The notes: generated by a model from the sequence alone, not told the origin. A stretch of 64,000 nt of DNA from Prevotella sp. (GCA_052273435.1 DAVZIG010000001.1:51812-115811); one strand, 5' to 3'. Numbered from the stretch's first letter, positions 27,764 to 37,587 are shown. Translations and numbers: made by a program.

Positions 27764-30700
27764 CTAAATCTTGCCTACTTTTTCATTGTCAGATTGATAC
27801 ATACTTGGCTTAACGCCAAACTGATTCTGAAAACACTTTGCGAAATAGGATGGCGTTTTGAATCCGACCATATAACTTATTTCTGCCACGGTAAAACGGC
27901 GTTGACTGATAAGCATGGCTGCTTTCTGCAATCTCACGCGTCTTATGTAATCCAATGGTGTCAACCCCATATACTTTTTGATAAGGCGGTATAGCTGTTT
28001 AGAATTGATTCCAGCCTTTTCGCAGAGTAGATTTACGTTCAAATCAGGGTCTGATACATTCTCCTCTATGATTTTTGCGATTTTAGCCAGCATCTTTTCA
28101 TTTACTGATTCCGCCTCTATTGGCTTGACTTTTGCCTGGGCTATAGTTTGAATACGAACTGTTTCCTTAATATCTGTTCGTGCTTTTAAAAGCTGACGTA
28201 TTCTCCCTAAAAGCGCCATTGGCTCAAATGGTTTTGCCATGAAAACGTCAATTCCGATCTTTATGCTTTCGTTTTCGGTTTTATTGTCTGATTTTGCCGT
28301 CAACATTATAATCGGTATTGATGAAAGTCGGGGATGTTGCTTAATCTGCCTCACCATTTCTATGCCTGTCATTATAGGCATCATTTCATCCACAATAAGC
28401 AAGTCTGGGATAAATGAAGCTGCAATCGCAAGCCCAGAACGTCCATTTTCTGCCGACAAATATGTATAATCCTTTTTAATTATTTCAATGATAAAGTTGG
28501 ATATCTGAATGTTATCCTCCACAATAAGAACCTTTGGCTTGTTAGAGTCTGATACCGATTCTTCTTTATGTGATTGCATCGCTTTGTCAGAGATTGGAAG
28601 TGTCACTACAAATGAGGTTCCTTGTCCCTCTTTACTGTAAAGCGAAATATTGCCCTTCATTAATTCAAGATACTTTTTTATTAGATACAGTCCTAATCCA
28701 GTACCTTCTTTTAACTTAGATGTTGATGGAGCTCTAAACATCCTCTGAAACACAAGTGATTGGTCTATGTCAGAAATGCCGATTCCATCATCAGACACTA
28801 CAATCTCCACTTCGTTCTCACCCTTTGTGATTCCACATGATATTGTTGCCCCTTCATCAGAATATTTGCACGCATTGGATAATAAATTGGTGATTACAGA
28901 CTCAAATTTAACGGCATCCGCTTCTATAAATATCTGAGGACAAGAGGAGTGGAATATAAACTTTTTCTGTTGATAATTTTCTTTGAATACCTCAAAAACG
29001 CTTTTGCAAAAATCGACTACGTCAAAAATTGAAAAAATTAACAAATTTTCGTCAGTATCTTCTAAATGTTGAAGTTCCAATGTTCGATGTATCATATTAT
29101 TTAATCTCACAGCATTATCATACACTGTTTCAAGACTTTTTTTGCTCTCCAGATCGGTAACTTTCTCTTTCATCAAACTTACCGGCCCTATAATCATAGA
29201 CAGCGGCGTTTTCAAATCATGTGAGATAGTGGACAGAAAAGACAATTTACGTTCAACATTTTCCAATGCTGTCTGACGTTCCTGCTCATTAAGGTCTCGT
29301 AGATTTTTCTTCTTCATATACCAAACCAACCAATATACGACAGCTATTACTATGAGAACATACAGGAGGATAGCCCACCAAGATAATGCCAAGGGGGGCT
29401 CTACTGTAAGTGGTATAGAAATTGGAGCGGCCGGAGAGCCTATGGGTTTAACAAGAATGTGGTATGTCCCCATTTTTAAGCCCGAGAGTGTTATTGTATT
29501 TACTCCTTCAGGCATTACAATCCATCCGTTTAAAGTGTCTTTGGGGGATTCTGCTAGTTTATACATATAGCGCTGAACCGATTCCGGAGAGTAATCTAAA
29601 GAGCTGACAACTAAAGTAATGTTCCCTCCATAAGGAATCGTGATTTCTTTCACGCTTTCGCTCAGATCGGCCAAACGAAGTTCGTCTGCTCCGCGGGCGC
29701 TAATTACCATTTTTATCGTCTTATAGTCTCCTGATTTCCCGTTGATATCATTATTGACAACAATAATTTCATCAGTTCCTCCAAGAAAGACTTTATTACT
29801 TACTGTATCTTCATATACTGCTGTGTATGATTTTTGTGGAATAGGCAACAACGTTGTTTGCAATGTATGACCGTCGATTTTCCAAACATTGCTTTGGGTT
29901 GATACCCATACATTTTCTCCAACGCTCCCTATGGCAAGTACAGTTTCGTCGCTGTTAGTATGTGGAAATTTTACTACATCGTACTTACCATTGTCTTTGA
30001 ATACAACTGCTCCGCCTTTAAAAGCACACCAAATTTGACCATTATTATCTTGACATATATTAGTTGGATAACCTTTAGTCATGTTGAAAATATCGTACTT
30101 ATCAACTTTTTTTGATACTGGATTATATTTTGTGAGGATATTGTCCCGAAACAAAAGAATCCATATATTGCCTTTTTTATCACGAAGCATATCATTTATC
30201 AAGTCATTTGAGAGACCTAAGTCCTTAGAAGTTTTGGCATCTACATTGATGGAACGATTTGCTATAATATACTTTTCTGAAGTGTTAAACTTGTTCTTTT
30301 TCACATAATGAATGCCATTCAGGAATGTGCCAATCCAAAAATAATCGCCATCTTCCACTAAAGAATAAACCCATTTAGACACATGTTCTCCCTTTTCATC
30401 AGTTACATAGAACACATCAAAGTTGTCCAGATTTGTATTGTATCGATTAATACCGGCATCCGTTGCAAGCCATATCACATTATCTTTATCCTCGTGAATT
30501 GCGCGTACCTTATTGTGAGATATCGCATTAAGCGTTTTGACATGTCTGTAACTATGAGGTGTAGAGTCATAAGCGAGCCTGATTACCCCGTTGTTTCCTC
30601 CCAACCAAAGATTTTTTCTGGAGTCTCGATAAATCGAATGAATTTCATTCCCTTCACCGGAATGAGTCAGTGCGCCAAGTTTAATCGTCCTAATTACATT

Positions 30701-31687
30701 GGAATTTGAAGCGATTGAAAATCCTCTCTCATGCCCAGCCCAAATATTATTTTGTTGATCAACGTGCAAGCACCATATTTCATTGTCCCCCAAACTTAGT
30801 TCATAACGAGAATCGTGTCTATAATGATTCGCATTATCCTTGTATAAGTCAAAGACACCATCATCTGTCCCGACAAGAATGTGACCATTGTCTCCTTTGG
30901 CAAGACTTTTTATATTGTTACTTCCTAAAAGTGCTATATTTTCCCAATGTTCGTTTATAGGGGTATATTTGTACAAAGCCCCTTCGCCACCTATGAGAAT
31001 GCTTTCTTTATCATTAGATTCTAGAAGACAATTCGCAAATAGCGATGTTTGGAGATGGTTGGAATTGCTAATACGAATTTTTAATGGCCTAAATTTTTCT
31101 GATTGAGAATCCCAGCGTGCCAGTCCATCGAATGTACCAACATAAATTATACCACGACTATCTCGAAGTATAGAATATACGGATCTGTGAGGCAGACCAA
31201 TAGAGTAATCCCTTATGTCATTTTGCTTCAAATCGAGCTTGCTAATGCCATTCAGTCCTCCTATCCATAAATTTGAATCCACCAAGAGAAGCGTCCTTAT
31301 TTCTTTCGGAGTGGGAATCGGGCAATTCTCAACCTTTCCCGATGCATAGTCATACAACAAAAGTCCATTATTACTGCCGATGTAGAGTTTGTTGTTATTT
31401 TCAAGTATGGAATAAATTTGGGTGCCGAATAGCTCGGTTTTGCCAACAGGATGGGTGGAAGACCCATCATAAAAAAACAATCCACTATTAGTGCCAAGCC
31501 ACATTATGCCATGACTGTCCTTAAACAGACAGTATACAGCTGTTTTCTTTCCATCGACAACTATGTTTTTCCATGACAAATCAAATACTGGAAGTTGTGA
31601 AGCCGAGAACGATTCACATGGGGCAAAACACACGGTCAAAAGAAAAATTAAGTAAAAAATGATGTTTGATTTAGTGCTTGTATACAT
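27764..31687 (-). CDS. Hybrid two-component system regulator (beta-propeller sensor, His kinase, receiver, AraC HTH)
   Basis: Repeated W(I/L)GT..G propeller motifs, a TM helix, SHDLKTPL, NLLSNACKY, DDGIGI, GTGLGL, receiver DEMMP...KPF and an AraC-type C-terminus; start placed at ATG 31687, downstream of TAACTTTG (31721-31714). Confidence 0.93.
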   Translation of the reverse strand: MYTSTKSNIIFYLIFLLTVCFAPCESFSASQLPVFDLSWKNIVVDGKKTAVYCLFKDSHGIMWLGTNSGLFFYDGSSTHPVGKTELFGTQIYSILENNNKLYIGSNNGLLLYDYASGKVENCPIPTPKEIRTLLLVDSNLWIGGLNGISKLDLKQNDIRDYSIGLPHRSVYSILRDSRGIIYVGTFDGLARWDSQSEKFRPLKIRISNSNHLQTSLFANCLLESNDKESILIGGEGALYKYTPINEHWENIALLGSNNIKSLAKGDNGHILVGTDDGVFDLYKDNANHYRHDSRYELSLGDNEIWCLHVDQQNNIWAGHERGFSIASNSNVIRTIKLGALTHSGEGNEIHSIYRDSRKNLWLGGNNGVIRLAYDSTPHSYRHVKTLNAISHNKVRAIHEDKDNVIWLATDAGINRYNTNLDNFDVFYVTDEKGEHVSKWVYSLVEDGDYFWIGTFLNGIHYVKKNKFNTSEKYIIANRSINVDAKTSKDLGLSNDLINDMLRDKKGNIWILLFRDNILTKYNPVSKKVDKYDIFNMTKGYPTNICQDNNGQIWCAFKGGAVVFKDNGKYDVVKFPHTNSDETVLAIGSVGENVWVSTQSNVWKIDGHTLQTTLLPIPQKSYTAVYEDTVSNKVFLGGTDEIIVVNNDINGKSGDYKTIKMVISARGADELRLADLSESVKEITIPYGGNITLVVSSLDYSPESVQRYMYKLAESPKDTLNGWIVMPEGVNTITLSGLKMGTYHILVKPIGSPAAPISIPLTVEPPLALSWWAILLYVLIVIAVVYWLVWYMKKKNLRDLNEQERQTALENVERKLSFLSTISHDLKTPLSMIIGPVSLMKEKVTDLESKKSLETVYDNAVRLNNMIHRTLELQHLEDTDENLLIFSIFDVVDFCKSVFEVFKENYQQKKFIFHSSCPQIFIEADAVKFESVITNLLSNACKYSDEGATISCGITKGENEVEIVVSDDGIGISDIDQSLVFQRMFRAPSTSKLKEGTGLGLYLIKKYLELMKGNISLYSKEGQGTSFVVTLPISDKAMQSHKEESVSDSNKPKVLIVEDNIQISNFIIEIIKKDYTYLSAENGRSGLAIAASFIPDLLIVDEMMPIMTGIEMVRQIKQHPRLSSIPIIMLTAKSDNKTENESIKIGIDVFMAKPFEPMALLGRIRQLLKARTDIKETVRIQTIAQAKVKPIEAESVNEKMLAKIAKIIEENVSDPDLNVNLLCEKAGINSKQLYRLIKKYMGLTPLDYIRRVRLQKAAMLISQRRFTVAEISYMVGFKTPSYFAKCFQNQFGVKPSMYQSDNEKVGKI

Positions 31688-31882
31688 TATGCATTCTGTT
31701 ATTAAAATATTTGCAAAGTTACAAAATTTTCGTGACACAAGTCCTATCAGTTAGCCCAATACGATGCAACAAATTAGACAATACATACATCATTTCAGAC
31801 TTTGGTACAAAAATCCCCTACAACAGTATGTATTTCCTTACAGGCTCTGTCGCAGGGGGTGGGGATTGATGATGTGATTGAA

Positions 31883-32422
31883 TTATTCTTCGCCGAATTT
31901 TTTAGCGAATTTCATCCAGGTGTCATTTGTTGATATATTGTATTCTCGATCTTGTTGCCAACCGTTTATATACTCTTGACTTGTCCAAGTAGAATCTGAA
32001 AGGAAATAGTATTTGCCTGACTGATTCTTGCTCAAATATGTGTCGAAGTAATAGGTAGAAGAACCTTCAGCGGCCTGCTTCATCGGTATAATCTGCCAGT
32101 TGCCAAATCCATCGTCTGTGAAATCTCCGGTAATATATCCCTTTTTATCACTGCCGGCTTCCCACATATTCACCTCAAACGTCACCTTAACATTGTTATC
32201 TTTATAGGCTTCCATTCCTCCATGGGTCAGAAGGTTATTGTTGAAGTCGAAGAATGCAACATTTTCCCAATTTGAGCCTACGCCCCATAGCGTTTGGTTG
32301 TCAGCCGACACCCAGAATGGTTCCCACGCACAGAAACCTGCGCCTCCATTGGCTAACAATGCCTCTTTCACTTCAATTATGAAGTCTTTTTGCAATTGCG
32401 GACATGGCGTTTCAGGATTACC
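31883..32422 (-). pseudogene. 5'-truncated remnant of a second GH53 galactanase with a C-terminal CBM/Ig-like module
   Basis: Q.DF...G.GFCAWEPFW...GSNWENVAFFDF resembles the GH53 C-terminal strands; the frame is closed by a stop inside the MATE 3' end; no catalytic Glu motifs and no signal peptide. Confidence 0.7.
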
Positions 32423-32423
32423 T

Positions 32424-33752
32424 CTATCTGTCCTTCATCTGTTGGCGGAATCTCCACCACATCATTATGCCCGCTGTGGTGAGTCCGAAGGGGAATGCCA
32501 TCCACACGCCTACAAGTCCATAGCCAAGCACGAAGCCGCATAGATAGCCTACGGGCAGCGAGATTACGAAGAAGGCTATGAAGGCAATGACCATAAGAGG
32601 CTTAACGTCGGCAATGCCGCGCAAGGCGTTGGCATAGTTTATCTGCAAGCCGTCGCCAAACTGATAGATGAAGAATGGCAACATGAGTGTGAGCACAGTG
32701 GATGAAACCTCTGTGGAATCAGTGAACCATCCGCCTACGTGATTGCGCAACAAGAATATTATTCCGGCGAGTAGCAACTCCAGTGCCACCATCACATGCA
32801 GTCCTGCCAAAACTGTGTGGCGCGTGTTGTCATGGTCGTGCTGTCCGTTGAAATAGCTTGTGCGCACGGCGACGGCAGCTCCAAGACCGTAGTAGACCAT
32901 AAAGGTGAACTGCGATATTGTGATCATCACCTGATGGGAAGCCAAGGCTATGGTGCCGAGCCATCCCACCATAATAATAGAGAGCGAGAACGAGGCCGTC
33001 TCCATGCCCATCTCCAGGGCTATCGGAGTGCCAAGTGATGATAGGCGCTTGACCAAAGGGCGCGACCATCCTAAGCTGAAGAATCCCTCGCGATAGGGGC
33101 GCATCTTCTCCTGAGAAAGGAAAACGGCGAGGAATATGCCCACCATTATTATGCGCGACACGAGTGTAGACACACCTGCACCCACCACGCCCATTTCTGG
33201 CAATCCCATCTTGCCGTAGATGAGCAGATAGTTGCCGAGGATGTTGAGCATGTTGCCCGAGAGGAGTATCCACATTGAGGTGCGCGTCTCGGTGATACTG
33301 TCGGTGAATTGCTTGAAGGCATTGAACAGCATCACGAAGGGCAGTGAGGCAAGCAGCACTAAATAGTAGGGACGCATGTAGGGCAGCAATTCTTCTGGCT
33401 GCCCTATGTTGCCGAGGTTGAAATAAAGCACCACAAGGACCGTCATCATGAGTGCGGTAGCTAAGGTGTTGGCAAGCAGCGAGCAACGCAGAGCTTGTCC
33501 TGCTTCTGGCAGTTCCTTGCGTCCGAAGAGTCCGCCTACGACAGGTGTCAGTCCGTAGGAGAATCCCGTGCCGGTGATAATAACGAGATTGATAATGTTG
33601 TTGACAAATGATGCGGCTCCAAGTTCGGTGGTGCTGTGGTGCCCAACCATCATAGTGTCGGCGAAACCAAGCACAATCATTCCCATCTGTCCAATCATGA
33701 TTGGCAGGCCGAGAGAGAGGAGCGAGCGGTAGTGTTCGGGATAAAATTTCAT
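32424..33752 (-). CDS. MATE family efflux transporter (NorM-like)
   Basis: LGLPIMIGQ, GFADTMMVGH, NYLLIYGKMGLPEMGVVGAGVST, ALEMGME and DGLQ...ALRG; about 12 hydrophobic segments; start at ATG 33752. Confidence 0.92.
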   Translation of the reverse strand: MKFYPEHYRSLLSLGLPIMIGQMGMIVLGFADTMMVGHHSTTELGAASFVNNIINLVIITGTGFSYGLTPVVGGLFGRKELPEAGQALRCSLLANTLATALMMTVLVVLYFNLGNIGQPEELLPYMRPYYLVLLASLPFVMLFNAFKQFTDSITETRTSMWILLSGNMLNILGNYLLIYGKMGLPEMGVVGAGVSTLVSRIIMVGIFLAVFLSQEKMRPYREGFFSLGWSRPLVKRLSSLGTPIALEMGMETASFSLSIIMVGWLGTIALASHQVMITISQFTFMVYYGLGAAVAVRTSYFNGQHDHDNTRHTVLAGLHVMVALELLLAGIIFLLRNHVGGWFTDSTEVSSTVLTLMLPFFIYQFGDGLQINYANALRGIADVKPLMVIAFIAFFVISLPVGYLCGFVLGYGLVGVWMAFPFGLTTAGIMMWWRFRQQMKDR

Positions 33753-33881
33753 AACTGGGTGCAAAATTAGTAATTAAAATCCATATTATATACCTATTGT
33801 GTAGAAAAAGCCGTAGGTTTTATGGTTGTGAGTCGTCATATATTATTAACTTTGCACCCGATATTTTAAATTGATACAAAT

Positions 33882-34061
33882 ATGCTTGAATTACCCAAAG
33901 ACCCGATGATGCTCTTCAGTGTCATCAACATGCGTTTGCGCGACATCTATCCCTCACTCGACGCTTTGTGCGACGACCTCCATGTAGACAAACAAGAAAT
34001 AACAGACCGACTTAAGGCTGTAGGATTTGAATATAATGCCGAACAGAACAAGTTTTGGTGA
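33882..34061 (+). CDS. DUF4250 family small protein (59 aa, not in the supplied ORF track)
   Basis: Translated by hand: MLELPKDPMMLFSVINMRLRDIYPSLDALCDDL...LKAVGFEYNAEQNKFW*; TAACTTTG promoter at 33847-33854. Confidence 0.85.
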   Translation: MLELPKDPMMLFSVINMRLRDIYPSLDALCDDLHVDKQEITDRLKAVGFEYNAEQNKFW

Positions 34062-34251
34062 TATTTGATTGCTGAAATTGCTGTCTGAGAAGGTGAATGA
34101 TAGGGTAGAAACATGTGGATTATTGTCAAATTTGAGGAGAAGTGAGAAAATTTGCCATGATGATGAAAAAAATGACGAAAAAGTTTTGCGGTTTCCAAAA
34201 TAATAACTACCTTTGCACCCGCAATCAAGAAATAACGATAGCAAAAGTAAA

Positions 34252-34325
34252 GCTTCAATAGCTCAGTTGGTTAGAGCACCTGACTGTTAATCAGGGGGTC
34301 GTTGGTTCAAGTCCATCTTGAAGCG
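34252..34325 (+). tRNA. tRNA-Asn (GTT)
   Basis: Acceptor stem gcttcaa/ttgaagc, D-arm, anticodon arm cctga-ctGTTaa-tcagg and T-loop ttcaagt. Confidence 0.97.
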
Positions 34326-34333
34326 CAAACTAC

Positions 34334-34368
34334 AAGCCTCGTAGGTCACACGACTTACGAGGCTTTTT
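34334..34368 (+). terminator. Intrinsic terminator after tRNA-Asn
   Basis: aagcctcgtaggtc-acac-gacttacgaggc followed by ttttt. Confidence 0.85.
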
Positions 34369-34487
34369 CTATGTATGCTCAGCATGAAGTATGGCTTAGT
34401 GCTTCTGCGCCAATTGAGTGTTTTTATTGTTTGTTAAAGCACCCTTCAGATATATTATCACTCCATATTCCGTATGAACTAAAAAAC

Positions 34488-34523
34488 TCTCTCGGCAGGA
34501 AAAAATAATTCTCTCGGCAGGAA
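34488..34523. repeat. Two copies of TCTCTCGGCAGGAA at 22-bp spacing
   Basis: Exact 14-mer at 34488 and 34510. Confidence 0.6.
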
Positions 34524-34609
34524 GTAAAAAAGAAAGAGGCCGAACGTCACCGCCCAGCCTCCACGAATAAATGTTTAACTATTAAAAAATCTATTTACTG
34601 AAATGGTAA

Positions 34610-35617
34610 TTAATCTGTTTCTGTTGTTTCGCGCTCTTTATAGATTACGTTGTTAGCGCCGCTTGTAATCTTGAGAGCCTCGGGGTGCTCATTGATGAAT
34701 GAGTCGATGTGGCGCACGCGCTTGCTTTCTAGAATCTCATCGACAGCAATGAGGATGCCTGTCTCCTCCACGTCGCCAAAGCCATAGTTGATGGCTGTGC
34801 CGAAGAGTTTCATTGTGGGCGAGAGCGACATGTAGGCGTTCACGAGCGGCGGAATGTTGTAGCCCAAGGCTCGCACCTCGCGGTTGAGGATGAGATAGTC
34901 CTTCTTGAAGTCATCCTCGCAGAAAAGCTTGCGCAGCTCCTCTTCTGGAGTCTCGATTTTGAGCGGCTTGAGCGGAATGATAAGATTGTCCTTGTCGTCG
35001 AAGTGCTTCTTGAGAAAGTAGAGAATCATGTCTCTGCCGCGTCGGATGTATGAGGGATACATGGTCATTTTGCCGAAGAAATACTTCACGTTGGGCTTGA
35101 TAACGGTGAGCGCACCAAGTCCGTCCCACAGGTTGTCGAGGGCAAAGAGGCTCTTTGAGCCGCGTCGTGTGCTTTGGTATTCGAGCGTCACGAACGAGCG
35201 TCCAAGCTCCACGGTGTAGGGCATGTAGTCCTTGATGAACTTGTCGGAGAAATGGAACATGTGGCTTGTGGCAAGCTTAGGCTGTCCGTTGTCGTCGAGT
35301 TCCCAGTCCGAACCAAGCAGATAGCGGTAGCCTCCGATAATCTCCTCAGCCTCAGGGTTCCACACTATGAGCTGTTTGTAGCAGTTGGCGCATGTGTCAA
35401 ACTCGTCGATGTCCATCGGCTTGCCCGTGCCGCCTCCTGCCTCGCGGAATGCTATCTCGCGCAGACGTCCTATCTCGCGCATTACGTTGGGTGCGTTGTG
35501 TGCCGTGATGACGTAAATCTCGTTGTGGCTTTTGTTGGTCATTCGGAGTTGTCGCTCGGGAGTAAGCTCACTCTTGAGCAGTTCCTTGCTCACTGGTTCT
35601 ATTATTGGCTCTTCCAT
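34610..35617 (-). CDS. glsB: GNAT-family (Acetyltransf_5/OlsB-like) N-acyltransferase, probable glycine-lipid synthase GlsB
   Basis: EIGRLREIAFR..GGGTG..DIDEFD, IIGGYR, ELGRSFV..EYQ, LW.GL and IPPL...Y; paired with an O-acyltransferase next to the dcw cluster, as recalled for Bacteroides. Confidence 0.75.
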   Translation of the reverse strand: MEEPIIEPVSKELLKSELTPERQLRMTNKSHNEIYVITAHNAPNVMREIGRLREIAFREAGGGTGKPMDIDEFDTCANCYKQLIVWNPEAEEIIGGYRYLLGSDWELDDNGQPKLATSHMFHFSDKFIKDYMPYTVELGRSFVTLEYQSTRRGSKSLFALDNLWDGLGALTVIKPNVKYFFGKMTMYPSYIRRGRDMILYFLKKHFDDKDNLIIPLKPLKIETPEEELRKLFCEDDFKKDYLILNREVRALGYNIPPLVNAYMSLSPTMKLFGTAINYGFGDVEETGILIAVDEILESKRVRHIDSFINEHPEALKITSGANNVIYKERETTETD

Positions 35618-35641
35618 TCTGAATTTTTGATTCTTAATATG

Positions 35642-36484
35642 TTATTTTCCTTGCGCGGGAAGTTCGTACACTTTGTCCTCCACCCACTGTGCCCATTGCT
35701 GTGGCGAGCGGCTGCGGTCGAACGTCTGCCATGGTATAGGCTTGCCGATGTGTATTGTGAAGTGCTTGCCCACGTTGCGGTACATCTCGTCAACGAGGAA
35801 TATCATAGCAAGGTTGAACGGCAGGAATCGGTCGCTGAACTTGGCTATGCGGTAGAAGCGGTTTGAGTTGGCTCCGCTGAAATGTATAGGCACTACGTCG
35901 CGTTGGCATTCCACGCTCTTCTTAATGAATGTCTTGGTCCATGGGATGTCGTGTATGGAGCCGTCGGGTTGTTGTCGGCTGTTGAGTCCTGCCGGGAACA
36001 TGAGCATGTGGTTGTCGCTCTTGAATCCCGCCTCCACCATGCGCGGAAAGTCGCGGCTGTTGCGTCCGGTCTTGTTGATGCCTATGCATACGGGGGCAAG
36101 TCCGGGAAGGTTCATGAGCAGGTCGTTCACCAGATAACGGAATCTGCCATTGTAGTGTCGCCCGATGATAGCTCCGAGTGCCACACCGTCCTGTCCGCCA
36201 AGCGGATGGTTTGACACAAAAGTATAGAGTCGTCCGTCGTCTGGCTTAGGCAGATTATCCTTGCCAACAATCTCTATGTCCATCTGCAAGTAGCGCACGC
36301 ATTCCTCAAGCCACTCCACGCCCGAAAGATGGCGCGAGTTCCATATAAACTGGTTCACTTGGTCCTGATGGATGATGCGTTTTAGCCACGCCACGGCAAA
36401 GCCCGGCACGTATCGCGCCTTGGCTCCCATCTTGCTTTGGAGTATCTTGTCTATGTCAATTGTATGTTCTGAAATCTCGTTCAT
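35642..36484 (-). CDS. glsA: Lysophospholipid-acyltransferase-family O-acyltransferase, probable GlsA
   Basis: FVSNHPLGGQDG, FPAG and VVPIHF motifs; directly upstream of the GNAT gene; start at ATG 36484. Confidence 0.7.
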   Translation of the reverse strand: MNEISEHTIDIDKILQSKMGAKARYVPGFAVAWLKRIIHQDQVNQFIWNSRHLSGVEWLEECVRYLQMDIEIVGKDNLPKPDDGRLYTFVSNHPLGGQDGVALGAIIGRHYNGRFRYLVNDLLMNLPGLAPVCIGINKTGRNSRDFPRMVEAGFKSDNHMLMFPAGLNSRQQPDGSIHDIPWTKTFIKKSVECQRDVVPIHFSGANSNRFYRIAKFSDRFLPFNLAMIFLVDEMYRNVGKHFTIHIGKPIPWQTFDRSRSPQQWAQWVEDKVYELPAQGK

Positions 36485-36642
36485 TTTTCCACAAAATGCT
36501 ATTTCTCTGCAAAAATAACACATCTTTTTCAGATACATTCAATTTAGCTTAAGAAATATACCTTTTTAATAATTTTGATATATAAATGTAGACTCGTATG
36601 CGGATTTTTATGTACCTTTACACCCAAATACGCATATATATA

Positions 36643-37587
36643 ATGTACAAAGACACGATAAATCATACAGCCGACATAAAGACTTGCGAGGGTTATCATG
36701 TGCCCGTGTTGCTCGACGAGAGCGTCAGTGGGCTTGAGCTTAAACCGGGTGGAGTGTATGTCGATGTTACCTTTGGCGGCGGTGGCCATTCACGCGAGAT
36801 TCTTTCGCGCCTTTCTGCTGACGCCCATCTCTACAGTTTCGACCAGGATGCTGATGCCGAACAGAACATCGGCGAGCCTGACGAACGGTTCACGTTCGTC
36901 AGGAGTAATTTCCGATATCTTAAGAATTGGATGCGCTATTATGGCGTGGAGCAGATTGACGGTCTCCTCGCCGACCTTGGCGTGTCGTCGCATCACTTCG
37001 ATGATGCCGAGCGAGGATTCTCATTCCGCTTCGACGCTCCATTGGACATGCGCATGAACAAGCGAGCAGGACTTACTGCCGCCGACATTCTCGCCACATA
37101 CGACGAGGAGCGTCTTGCCGACCTCTTCTATATATACGGAGAGATGAAGAACTCGCGCCGCATAGCTGCTGCCATCGCAAAGGCTCGACAGCAGACTGAG
37201 ATAAAGACCACGAAGGATTTTCTCGCTGTGGTGGAGCCAATGTTCAAGCGCGAGCGCGAGAAGAAGGACATGGCCCGACTGTTTCAGGCTCTGCGCATAG
37301 AGGTGAACCATGAGATGGACGCTCTCAAGGAGATGCTTGCTGCTGCCACAGAGATGCTTGCGCCTGGCGGAAGACTCTCGGTGATAACCTATCACTCGCT
37401 TGAGGACCGCATTGTGAAGAACTTCATGAAGGCTGGCAACGCCGAAGGCAAAATCGACCAGGACTTCTTCGGACGCATCAATACGCCTTACAAGACTGTG
37501 GGCAAGCTTATCATCCCATCGAAAGAGGAGCAGGTGCGCAACCCGCGAAGCAGAAGCGCAAAACTGCGTGTGGCTGCAAAAATTTAA
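36643..37587 (+). CDS. rsmH: 16S rRNA m4C1402 methyltransferase
   Basis: HVPVLL, YVDVTFGGGGHS, DLGVSS, RGFSF, PLDMRM, FQALRIEVN, ITYHSLEDR and NPRSRSAKLR. Confidence 0.97.
   Translation: MYKDTINHTADIKTCEGYHVPVLLDESVSGLELKPGGVYVDVTFGGGGHSREILSRLSADAHLYSFDQDADAEQNIGEPDERFTFVRSNFRYLKNWMRYYGVEQIDGLLADLGVSSHHFDDAERGFSFRFDAPLDMRMNKRAGLTAADILATYDEERLADLFYIYGEMKNSRRIAAAIAKARQQTEIKTTKDFLAVVEPMFKREREKKDMARLFQALRIEVNHEMDALKEMLAAATEMLAPGGRLSVITYHSLEDRIVKNFMKAGNAEGKIDQDFFGRINTPYKTVGKLIIPSKEEQVRNPRSRSAKLRVAAKI

Larger units (their letters stand above)
17380..32423 (-). other. AT-rich, probably horizontally acquired block carrying a beta-1,4-galactan polysaccharide utilisation locus
   Basis: Visibly lower GC than the flanks (17/60 G+C in line 30061 versus 35/60 in gyrB line 56101); truncated gene at the right edge; no mobility genes; boundaries approximate. 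Confidence 0.65.

Noticed and set aside
33947..34258. Minus-strand ORFs of 103 and 96 aa
   Set aside because: They overlap the real DUF4250 gene and the tRNA promoter, and the translations are low-complexity.
34252..34325. tRNA-Asn as the integration site of the PUL island
   Set aside because: Host-like MATE and DUF4250 genes separate it from the island, the island lies on its 5' side, and no duplicated tRNA 3' end or integrase was seen.
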